Assembly: GCA_051362555.1 (NCBI GenBank)
Contig: CM120641.1
Coordinates: 14,136,001-14,200,000 of the forward strand
Source: Lingula anatina
Taxonomy: Eukaryota; Animalia; Brachiopoda
Direction of reading: 5' to 3'
DNA length: 64,000 bases
Part shown: positions 40,324 through 52,200 of the stretch, piece by piece
Position numbering within the stretch: position 1 is the stretch's first letter
Layout: the number at the start of each line of letters is the position of its first letter
Program-made: the position numbers and the translations under genes
The notes under the pieces: generated by a model
What the model saw: the letters and a program-made list of their open reading frames with translations, nothing else
Told to the model about the DNA's origin: nothing
Database searches by the model: none

Positions 40324-42427
40324 AATAAACCCAGGTGTTAACAATTACCACTTATCTTTTAAAGTAAAAAGAGCAAACTATTCCTATTCTTTCAGCTTGA
40401 GAAAAAAAAAAAGGAAGCAAGTTCAATCATAATAAAGTTTTATCAATATATTCACCTGTAATAGTGCCAGAAATGGTGATAGCTTGCTGTCAAATACATT
40501 CTTTTTCCTTGTGCTCCATGATTTAAAAGCTCACTTTCATAGGCAAAAACATGAAGATCCTGCAATTAATAAATTAAGCATACCCAAACAAATACGATGA
40601 TGCATAATTATATCATGTAATATCTGATACAACAATTCTCAACACATTTTTTAAATTCTTTTTTAAGATATTGGGTAAAATGAACATGTGTACCATTACA
40701 GCATGAAAGTAAAAATTCTTTGTTCAGCAATACCAGTACCTTGTATTGTATGTGACAGTTACTGAGACAGATGAATCTTGATCAGCACTAACAACAGTAA
40801 ATTAACTTCATTTATAGAATTCCTCATTTGTTCAACTTGGTTTGTTAACCAATACTTACCTGTGGATCCCTCTTAGCAAACTGAAAGGCATCTTTCTGTG
40901 AGAAGAACACAGTCCATTGTGAAGGTGGTCCCTTTAAACTGGAAGTTGTCAGTTAACAGTTATAAAAATCATTATCTTCACACACTAATAAAACAGCACT
41001 GGGTAATGTGTAGCAGCAAACAAAACTCTTACTGTATATGGCAAATCATGATGCCATGACCCCATTTATCAACTGCATGGTGTAATAAGTAGAAAAAATG
41101 CTGTTGAATATGAGATGAGATTTGCTACCATGGTTCAAGTTTATTCTGTCCCCATAGAGAAAGGCTAATTAAAAATATGGTTATTAAAATAGCCCAAAGT
41201 CTCAAGGCTCAGCATAATATCGAACAAGATTTCGTGGAATTTAGAGGAGAGAGGGGTGAGAAATAATGACAAGACTAGAAAGTGCTGTGTGACAACATAC
41301 ACATGTATTACTATACTAGTAAGCTGACAAAATTAATCCATGGGTTTTTTCTGGTTCTTTCCTTTATCAACTTATAGTCTTTTGCACAATAGTATATTTT
41401 CACCATGTTTTGCGTGTTACCACTGATCTCTAAGATGACATTTCCAGCACATAGTCTTCATCCTTGTTGCTAAAAGGTTATCACCACCACACATGGATTC
41501 TTGTCTGTTTTTCAGTCTTGAATGATCACATGCAATACAGACAGTCTTGTTTTAGACTACCTTTAGACTATCGTGGATAATTTCTATAGAATACTATGAT
41601 GATAATAATCATCATCAAGAAATGGTAACCTTTCTGTTTATATCACTGTGCTTCAATATATATTACCTTATTTTATAAGGACTTGGTATTGTCAACTTCC
41701 GAATTTCTTCTTCGTGTTTCTCAAGTTTCTGTGCCCATTTCTGTCTAAAATAGAAATAAATGCCTGTCAGATCAGGGCAGACAGGAGCGGTCTTCTGGGT
41801 CTTCCGACAGACAGTCAAAATTTTTAAGTTTTCACTGATGGTCATCTAATTTTTTCTGTCACAAAAGGGTCAAATATGGAGGATGGATCAACAAAGGTAA
41901 AAGACCATGATTTTAACCATTCCCAATCCTACACTCTGCAAATAACTGATTTAGAATGGATAGAATTGGAGAGTGTGTGCATGAATCCCATGCTCCTATT
42001 GACGATTTTGATATATATACAGAGAGAGAGAAAGAGCTGAATTCTGACAGACAGAAGTAACGACAGACTTATGAATTATAATTTATAATTTCAATAAAGT
42101 TAGTTAAACTTGTGTGAGACCCAGGCTTGCTGTGCATCTTCTCTGAGACTAGTTTAATTGACCTAGGACTAGAGTAGGGCCGATGTGTCGGTCTTACGAG
42201 CTACTTAAGGGAAAGTACCCTAAGGTAAGGTAAGGCCGAAAACTGTGTCTGAGGCATTCATATGTTTGACTACGGGGTATCATAGCGTTACGTGCTTACG
42301 ATTCTGACTCACTACATGTTATCAGGTACCTGGATTTTACTCCTTGTGAAATTGACTTCTTGCTATAAAATGAACCAGTGGTTATAACTGCAGTCTTCTC
42401 GATGTTTTCTGCTTGCTTCGATTCCAT
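32796..42427 (-). CDS. PRIMPOL: DNA-directed primase/polymerase PrimPol (AEP domain, UL52-type Zn finger, acidic RPA-binding tail), about 729 aa, 14 exons
   Basis: Exons: 42427-42330, 41744-41667, 40938-40860, 40559-40456, 40242-40196, 39822-39731, 39146-39073, 38766-38693, 38296-37691, 37243-37081, 36812-36721, 35039-34835, 34191-34109, 33190-32796. All GT-AG and phase-consistent; total 2190 nt. Motif I CKLYFDLEF, motif II KFSSHLIF, motif III FCDLAVYTKNRNFRLY, and Zn finger YRWCDNVQRQHRSNNIM...YQKCHDPEC are present. The first exon (start codon) is the least certain. Confidence 0.95.
36280..36446. mobile_element. MITE family B, copy 1 (15-bp TIR CAGGCCCGTAGCCAG)
   Basis: Perfect terminal inverted repeats CAGGCCCGTAGCCAG / CTGGCTACGGGCCTG. 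Flanks CCTTG / TCTTG suggest a 5-bp TSD with one mismatch. GC-rich relative to the host intron. Confidence 0.85.
39994..40178. mobile_element. MITE family B, older copy 2 (reverse orientation)
   Basis: GGAAAAAGGTCCATTATT...GAATCCCCCTTTAAAACTGCTGGCTACAAGCCTG matches the reverse complement of the copy-1 left end. Flanks are CATTA / CATAA. Confidence 0.65.
40270..40328. repeat. (AAT)n microsatellite grading into (AAAT)n
   Basis: Read directly from the sequence; lies next to a PRIMPOL acceptor. Confidence 0.95.
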
Positions 42428-43246
42428 TTTAATTTCCCTCCTTCAGTCGTCGTCGCTTAGTATCGCATAAATGTTCTTCCGCAATTTTGTATGCACAGTC
42501 GCCATCTTTTGACAATTTCTCATACTATCTGCTCCACTGGCTGTTTTCGCTATGTTTAATTTAGAAATTGAAGATGATAACGTATGGATTACAAAATTGT
42601 AAGGGATGATATAATGTTGGAAGGTGGATGCATAATCAGTAAATGGACAATAACAATTTCAAAAGAAGCTATAGATTACTTGCTGAAAAATAACACGAAA
42701 AGCTTTACAGCAATTACAGTAATTATGCTAAATGCAGGGGACGATTAATGGGGTTTTAAAATACTTTGATCCGTTTATGGTAGTTGTACCCAACAATTCA
42801 GCATTTATATCAATCTGTGGTTTGCTACATGTTACATAGGCTACGCTATTTTATGGCCCCCGCAAACGGCATTTTTCCTTCTCTTTCATTCTTTTTATTT
42901 ACTCATTTATTGAGATGAAATAAAGTATATTTAGTTCGAATTAGCAAAATTTTAGAATTTCATTGGTGAGATTTTTTTAAAGATTTGCATATACACAAAC
43001 ATCTATCATAAAATGCGTTAATTCAGAAAAACATGCATGTACTTTGAGTACTTTGGGGTCCGCGATAGAGATCTCATTGTGTTAGTTGTGACGCTTGTTG
43101 GCTTCGCGCAATCACCTTCATTATAACAGGTACGTCAAGCTGCACATGACGAGAATCGGCGAGAGACAGCAGGAGTGAGTTTGAGTTCAGAGCGGGTGCA
43201 ATGCTGTGGTGCTGTTCTGAAATGTAGCCTGAAATCGCCAGTCAAA
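42428..43246. promoter_or_regulatory. Putative bidirectional promoter between PRIMPOL and STOX
   Basis: Divergent start codons 819 bp apart, local CpG enrichment at both ends, and CRE-like half sites (TGACG, TACGTCA) near 43090-43150. Confidence 0.55.
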
Positions 43247-46200
43247 ATGTCGTCGAAGCCTCACAGAGAGGAGAAAAAGAGTTCCAAGAATGTCAGGATT
43301 ACTTCCAAGTGTTTTGCTCTTATTTTAAAAGAAGTATCAGTCTCGTCACTAAACGAAACGAGTTCGTCAACTTCTTCGCAGACTTCTGCTTCGGCTGCGG
43401 GCTCTACCAGCATCACGATCAGCGACCTAGGGTCGGAGGAGAAAACCAGGCGCAAAGAAAGCGGTATTGGGATATTTGAAGATTTTCAACACAAAAACAG
43501 CAGTTGTTACTGGAATCCTCAACTTGGAGAGGTTGTTGGAAGCTTACGTTATATAGGCATACTTCAGCCACACGTTCTGCTTGTGGGTGGAAAAGATGTT
43601 GATCTGGAAGGTCTCAGTGTAGCTTGGTCTCGAAGGTTGTTGAAGCCACCCCAGGGATTTGCTCTTGTTGGACTAGGTATGTATATATATTTCTTGATGC
43701 TTTGTTAGATTGTGTCCTTATGAGGGGTGCAATCATCTTTACATTGCACAATGTTTCCAGAATTTATTATACGTACCCCCCATCACACAAACACACACAC
43801 AAACGCACACACACACTACTGGAAGACATACCACTGTCAATGTAGATGTACCCAGATGCAACCTATGTTTTTTATTTGAGAAATGCTTTTGCATAACTAC
43901 TAGACCTTGACTGTAATAACTCGTTGAAACATTAAAAGCACATTTTAGGCTGTAGGTAACTGATCACTAATTACTTACTGAATACCATTACTGCCTTCCT
44001 CCATAAGAATTATAATCCTTTAGATAATATATTTGCACTGTCTTACACTTATCAAATTAGTTAGGTTTAAAATAACTGAAATAAGGATTGTTTGTCCTGC
44101 TTGACATATAAAGTTGTTCAATTGAATGCACTGTGAATAGCCCACTGATGCCCAAATTGTTATCACTCTGTACTGTAAGTTGAAAAGAGTTGTTGATCCT
44201 ATACGAAACACTACTCTGCATACATACCTGTCTAAACTTCTGATAAAAAAATCCTTTCAAAGGTTCTCTATGCTGGTAACTGGGTCACACAATGTCATGT
44301 TTGCAGGAAGCTTGATATTACATTTGCAATATAAAATTGCGTTATTTCATTTACCAATAATTCTTTTTTTTTATTTACTCAATTTCATTTAAATGTATGG
44401 TCTGTTTTACCAAAGAAACTATTCACAGAAATCTGGTCAGTGATAGAACTTTCTCATACAGGTAGACCATATTGTTAAATCATATGTTTGCATAATAAGG
44501 ATGTCTGGAGGTTGATGAAGAGTGGTTTGGCCAGTTATGTAATAGATCTTTATCACTCTCTGTCTACCCCACCCATACACTTTCAGTGAAGAGCATTTTG
44601 AATCTCAGCTTATATGCTGTGACTGTAAGTGTTCTTGGAGAATGAATTCCCTTGCATTTGACCTTTCTTCCTTTTAGTTGCTGAAATGTAAAGCATACAA
44701 CACAAGTCTGGTAATGGATGCCTTTTCAATTCCTGTAGAAAAGAAGAGTTGAATTGGTATTGGGAATATAAAAAATGCAGAGTGCATCTGCTTAGTTTCA
44801 GTTTTCTTTTATCAGTTGATATTTTGTATATGGATTCTTTATCACTTCTAACTTAAAATGAAACCTATACTTAATTTACCTTACAAATTTACGGACAGTT
44901 TTTGCTGATTTAGCCCAGCATCCAGGAGACCTATGTTATAATTATCGCACTATTCATAACAGCTGTTCACTGCTTATGGTCTCTTTAATAATGAACCAGG
45001 TTTATGTTTTCTATTATTTTAAGACTGTGAGAAGTATGCACAAGTAGATGTGTGGATAAGACAAGTGATGTCATATAAGTTTATAGAAACTAGGTGAGAA
45101 AACAGCTTGGCCAAATTGTTATGCAGTTTCTAAGCTGCCACGAGTCCCTGCAGCCACAAGCACACAATAGATTGTCACCTTGCATTTAAGCCTTTCTCAT
45201 TATGTTTGCAATATAAATTTTGGCTCAGCAATACAATGCCGAGGTGAACCTGTACAAATCTAATCAAGTCTTTGATTACCACCACAGCTTTATTTAAAAA
45301 GAAATAAACTCGTATTTCCTGCTTATTCATCGATTACCAGGGTCAGTTAGAAGTGTCCCCCCAACCACTTGAAAAGAGGGAGTATCTATGCGTGTTTCAG
45401 CACCTTTAAACTGGTATGAATTATTAAGTTTTCATCATAGTTTCAGTATTGATTACCAAACTAGAAATCCTGCTATTTAATGTTGTTTATAAAGAGTAGT
45501 ATTACAGCCAATAGATGATGTATGGGTAGTATGCAGTGTAAACATAAATCTGATACTCTTACATATATAGACAGAATTGGTGGTCTTGTATAGTGAAAAT
45601 CTCACAATTTCTTATCAGAGTGAAATCCACTGCTGACTTTATCTGGGTGGAGGGGTGCTAGTGATGTTCATTTATGGTCCTAGCAGTATATTATCCATTC
45701 TAAACTTGAAGCATTCAATTTTATGGATCATGCCTTCCATGCTCTGAATCTCTTTCTTTCAATGCACATAGCTCAGTGCAGTTTTTATAGCTGCTTGGAA
45801 TTAAAAGAAAACGAAGTCTTTAGCTTCTTCATAAAGAGGAATGTAAATTGAATATTGCACTGGCTATGCCAGTAAAGCTTGAAGTTGCCTTTTCGTTGTG
45901 ATTAAACAAACTTGAGAAGAAATTGATTGGGCACTAAGGACTTCACCTGAATATTTTAAGACCACAGAGTGGACATCTGATTAGCAGTAGAAGATTGATG
46001 AAAGCAGTTGAGTTTTATGCACAAATTAATGGTGTAATAGAGTGCATTGTGGCTACTTGCGATTTTGCTTAAAATAGTACTTTTCTGGTATAATATACAC
46101 AGTTGACCAAGTATCTTGTCATCTCTACCCAAATATGAGAGAATACTTGTAATACATGCCCCTTACCTGTTATCATCTATTTAGTAGCAGCACATCCCTC

Positions 46201-49200
46201 TTGTCAGATGACTTGTCATACAACTTATCTTACAGGTGATCTATAAAATTACCACAATTAAATCTTGATAACACTGGTACCACAGAGTTTATGAAGGCAG
46301 ACATTGATTATGTAAAGAAAATGTTAGAGTTTTTTTATTTCACAAAATGTCTGTATGCATGTGGTTTTAACAGGCTTATCATGCTGCCCTGTGGTAATTA
46401 GGAAAATGCCTCCAGATGGTTACAATAGTGTGGAAAAAGGTGTGGAACATAGTGCATATCTTTTCAAAATGTCCTCAGGATAGACACCAGTAATGTACAG
46501 GGATGTTGAGACATAATTGCTTGTAATACCAAATTAGAATAAACCATGCATGGCAAACATGAGATCCTTTGATGTGTTAATGGGCGTGAAAGAAACTCTC
46601 ACATATACTTGAGTTTTATGAACATTGAGAGCCTGTTTCCAGTGGAGATAGGTCAGCCTGTCTATCTCAGCAGGCTAGAACCCAATCTAAAGACAGGTAT
46701 ATCTTAGTTAATGATGAGTGGGACAACAAAGGGAATACTTTGGCTTTCTGTTGTTGGAAATCATTGAGATTAAAGATACTAATTTGATTTGACCCATTCC
46801 ACTACAAACAGACCGTGAGATCATTTTGTTATTTTTTTTTATATGTAAAATATGATTATCATTATTATTTGTTTCACAGAAAAGCAAATTGGGAAAGTAG
46901 TACATATCCATTATGCAACATGTCATGGACATTTAAAATCTTAAAATGTTCTTGTTGCCCAATGCATGTTAAAAGATTACCGAGTTAGTAGGTAGATGCT
47001 ACAAACACTTTTTATTAACAAGTCCACCTACAGATTCTAAAATTTCTTTAACATCATGTTTGAGTTTAAAGAGTGCAATCTACTGGTTTCATGTGTAACA
47101 TGAGAGCAGTGGTCATATTACATTAAAGCAGTCTTTATATACCACATAGGTCAGTGTATTTTGTTGGCTATCTGACCATTCAGGTGGAGTTATTTTAATC
47201 CCTTTTTTCTCAATCTTTTTAATTTGCTTTTCTTCTAATATTTAATAATCTTGTCAAAATGAGCATATTTCATATCATTTGAAAGAACTTATTCGTCAAA
47301 CTGAAATACTGAAATAATTTTTCTGATATTTTATATTATGTGGCTGTTGCACAGTATGTTGAAATTAAACCTTCAAAGTTTGTTTTTAATAATGCCAACC
47401 AGCATACATAAACTGTATTTGCTCTTAATCATCAGTTATTCTCCCTTTATCTCAGGTGAGATCCCAGGTATAGAGATGCAGACCATCTCCCAGACCCACT
47501 TCACACCTCTACCTGAGGCCCTCTGTGCTGCTGTGGCAGACTTGAATGCTAACAAGGTAAGACTTACATCACTAAGACCCTATAAACAAAGCCAAGAGAA
47601 GTTGATTGTATTACTTCATGCAAATCAACCACAAGGTGTTGCCACTGCCTCTTGACTAACTGCAATCAATCTAATTGATAAGAGTAGATTTTAAGAATGC
47701 AAACTTTGTTAGTTAATACATTTTATATGTGACAATATATATATACTAGTATGGAAAGTGTACTGCATTGTCTGCTAGTCATCTTAAGTAGATTCAGAAA
47801 CCAAGTCTGTTTTATCTTTGTCAGAACTGCCCATTAAAAAAAGTTTTCAAGAATTGGGCTATGGAACAAAGAATTTAGGGTAGTATGGTTTGTAACAGGT
47901 GTTACCTTAATCCCTTTCTGATGTAAATGTACCACATAACAAGTATGAATGCATTTTGCACTGAATTCACTCTTCTTAAATTCCAAACTGATTTTGACCT
48001 AAATGTATCATCACTAAGAGATTTTCAACATGCATGACACTCAGTTTGATTTGTTTGACATTGATGTTATATATGTAAACTTGGTAAAAATCTTATTTAA
48101 AGCAAACATGAGACTGGAGGGATGGCATATAAAGCTTGTTAAACTGAAGGTTAAAATAATACCATGGACTTTAAATCGCACTTGCATAGAAGGATAGTTA
48201 AAATTGACCATAATATCTCTTTTATTATGGTATTTTTATGTTATGTATTTACAAATGAAAGAACTAAGTTTAGCTTCCATGTAAAATAACATTTTTTTAA
48301 TTCTGGCAATTAAACTAAAAGTAGGATAACTTTGTTTTTATTTGAACAGAGGAATTAAAGGGATAATAACTCTTCGTTTTGGCCAAAAAAACAAAGAATT
48401 TTCCTGTAGTAAACAACAATATTCCCATACTTACCAATGGTTAATGAATCCATTCAAAGTTAGTCCCTGTTTTTTTTTCTAAAAAGTTTGTTTTTCTCTT
48501 AAGAGATTATAACAGTATAGCCATCAATGGAGGTCACGTGGTCTTATGACAAGCTCAGATATCAGAAATTGAATAATAGCTATAACTGCCATTTTTGTGG
48601 TACAACAGAATATATTATATTTCTATGAGTTGTTCACAATGTTTTTATTGTGAAATATAGATCTCACACGAAGAGTTATTATCCCTTTAATGACTGATAA
48701 ACCTGAGAGTAATTTCTGATTTCAGGAGTTAGCAGACATGAGCAATATCTTGGGTAAGCTGCAGGACACATACAGCGGGGTTGAGCTTCCCTCCAATGGC
48801 ATCATATATGACACTCTGGGTGTCTTGATCAAGGAAAAGAAACTGCTCCACACAGGTACGTAGTATAGTGGTTGAAATTGAAATCTGGTGCTTTATGTCT
48901 CTTGTCTGTGTTGCTGTATGAAAAAAAAAAAAGCTGCGCTGCATCTAGAAATACTGTGAAAATTGGTAGTTTAGATGAGTTAAGATCTGTTGACTGTTCT
49001 CAGAGGGACATTAGTGTGTGCTGATATTTCTTGTGCCTTTTGAACTTGTGGCTCCTCCATAATTTCATTCTTGAGACTAAGATCTACATCTGAACCTACA
49101 CCTCGTTGACGTCCAGTTGACTCTTTCACCTTCTCTTATTGAAACAAACTTAATTTGTACACTCCACAACTTGTGTTCACCACTAATGAGACTTGTCCAG

Positions 49201-52200
49201 AATAAAGGGAGAAAAGTGAACACATATGTTCATTTGTCTATTATCACTTGCACACAACACTACATTAACATCATCAGCTTTTTGCTTGTTCTGGAGACTG
49301 TGTTATGCATTTAAACAGTTTTTCATTATCGAAATGGTTGTTTTTAGTTATCAAACAGTTTGTGTGCCTGAGGTTAAAGCCTGTTGTCTGGTTATTTTTT
49401 TCGAAATTTCATGTTGTTGAGCATGTGCACACCTTAGGGTTTTAGTTAATTTGAGACAGGGACTGAGAAAATTTTGTCTGTACCTATATTTCTTTTTGTT
49501 TCTATTACTTCTTACTTCGTGGTTGCTAATTAGATAAATTTTACAGGCACAGTTCACTACTTTGATATTTTTTTATATATTTTTAATTTTATTAGAACCC
49601 CCCCCCCTCCCCTAAAAAATTAAAAAGAAGAAAAAAATCACTAAGAAATGAAAGGTGCCTCAAGTTTATACTCAATGGTTGCATGCATTTTAGATTTAAT
49701 TTCTGATAACTTACTATTTCCTTTCTTCATTATTTTTGGCAATTTTTATTCTGTCAACTGCAAGAATGATTTGGTTAGGTCAGTACTGATTTATTCAGAA
49801 AATAGTGGCCTCATATGGAGCTAGTTTGGATAATTTACATGACGTCTCCCAATTTAGCTCGGAAAATACTCTCTAGTGGGGGCTATCAGTTTGAGTTTAA
49901 TAAAGAAAACATAGCCTGGGATTTGAAGGTTAATTTTGCAGATTAGTTCATGGCAGATGTTCATTTGTGACTCAGTGATGTGGCAGTGATAGAAAGATGT
50001 GCTTCCTTTAAAGTGAAATATATATGTTGGAACATTGCCAGCTGATATTTGCAGCAGAATTACTGAAATGGCACGTAGGTTGCTTGTGTATATGCATACT
50101 GAAGCAAAATTGCTTGAGTGGTATTTTAACCTAAAATATGTTGGAATGTAGTCTGCTGATTTACTTGCTTAAATTAATGAATTGTCACGCACATTGTTTT
50201 CTGTGCATTATCAGAGAGAGAGAGAAAGAGAGAGAGATTGTCCTAAGAGCATTTCATTTAAAGTAAAGTTAAAATGAGCATTTGGACATCACCTGCTGCC
50301 TAATATTGTAATACTTGAAATATGACTGAGATGCCATTTTGGTTACTTTCTGTGTTTTTGTTGAAAATTGACTGAAATATCATATTGATTTCTCTGTTTG
50401 CCTTCTAAAGAAATGCTATTGCTCTGGTCATATATTTCTTTAGGGTGACTCTGCTAACAATCTTATTTTGTGGCATAGTTGATTATATTGTTAATTAAAC
50501 ATACCTGTAACAGGTATAGTGTATTTTCCCTAAGATAATACTCATTAATCATCATGTAACAACAGTTTAGGAGATCTGTCACAGACAAAGTATATCCCAT
50601 ACAAGCATCTGTTGTATAATTACATGGTATGGACAAATTTGGAGTGGGCAAATATTCTCATGTTGACACTAGATAGTAGTCATACTAGGACTATGACATG
50701 TTTTGTTCAGTTATTGACCAGATTATCTAGTATCTGATTAATCACAGGCGTAATATTAGACAGCTTATAAAAGTATTTTGTTCCATAATTGCCTTAATTA
50801 TCTAGAGCCTTTTTGGTTGTGGTTGGCTTAATTGGAGCTAGCTCTGTAAGTCTGTAATTCCCTCTCTGCGATGTAAAACTACACTGACAACTCCCTGGTG
50901 TGACCAAGTTCCATTGGGTTTAACTTTTATATGGTCCTGGCAGGTGTCATGGAGGACAGTCTGTAATGCAAAGGGAGTTCACACTGCAGGTAATATTTAT
51001 AAGTATAGGTCAAAGCACAGGTGCTGTTAAAAAAAACTTTTTTTTTACCACAGGGTAGAGGACAGAGTACATCTTGTGGACTTTTCCTTTTCATCTATGG
51101 TATATATTGATATTGTTTGATTATTTGTCTTGGCGGTGATTTTGAAATATTTAACAAGTTGAATTTGGGGGGTAAATGGAAGTTGTTTCAATTTTTGGTT
51201 TTGATACAAAGTTAGTTGTGTAATGGAGACATATGAACTTAGTTTTTTAGTGCTGATAAAAATATTGATTTTTACACCATATTTTTACATCAGGATTATC
51301 AACTGGTGAAGTAGGTGATAATTGGATTATGAATCTCCATTGACACAATAAACTTTCACACTCAATTCTTTTCATTACTCCAAGACAAATGTGCATTTTA
51401 GGTCTTGATACTTATTATGTCATTGTGTGGAATGTTGTAGAAACAGTAGGACATATTTTTGCTGAAAATCACACTGATTAAAAAACAAAAGGAAAGTTGT
51501 TTGGCATGAAATTAGTCTTCTTGGCCTCAGCGGTTGACTTTGTCCCATAAATGGTTAAGATTTGAGAAGCAGCTGTGGCTTAGTGAGAGGAGGACATAAA
51601 TCAGCTGCTGTCCCAGCTTTGAATGTAATGCGATGCTCTTGACAAGTTGACATGCAGTCAGTGGAGGAGATTGTGTTAAGGCCTTCATTTTTGTCTCAAC
51701 TAACACATTCAGTTTGCTGTGTCCCACCAACTAGTGCTGCCTTTGGCCCCATTCAGAATGAGAAGAGCCGAGTGCAAGCTAGGCCATGACCTAAATATGA
51801 TGGACCTACATGAAAGGAAGGCTGCTTAATCCCGTAATGATCTCTCCGCCTCTCATACGGCTCCCCACGTGTCGTCCCTAGACCGGTTGAATTGACCCGA
51901 GATTTAATTACTGTGCCCCTGCAGGACACGTGGAGAGGCGTTTAAGAGGCAGAGAGACCATTACAGGATTAAGCAGTTTTCCTTTCATGGAGGTCCGCCT
52001 AATTTAGGTCGTGGCCTAGCTATCACTTGGCTCTTCTCATTCTGAATGGTCCATTTGTCTGCCACAGCAGATCAGCCATAGCATGACAAAATGCAAACAA
52101 TGCTCCCAATTTGAATGGATTTTTTTTTGTTCTGTTTCCAAGAAATCATGACTGTGTGAAATAACACCTCTATGAATAGGTGATATTTGAGAGAAGATGC

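Noticed and set aside
43175-43246. GTG-initiated N-terminal extension of STOX suggested by the ORF track
   Set aside because: The track uses bacterial-style alternative starts. The ATG at 43247 has a good AAAATG context, and nothing supports the extension.
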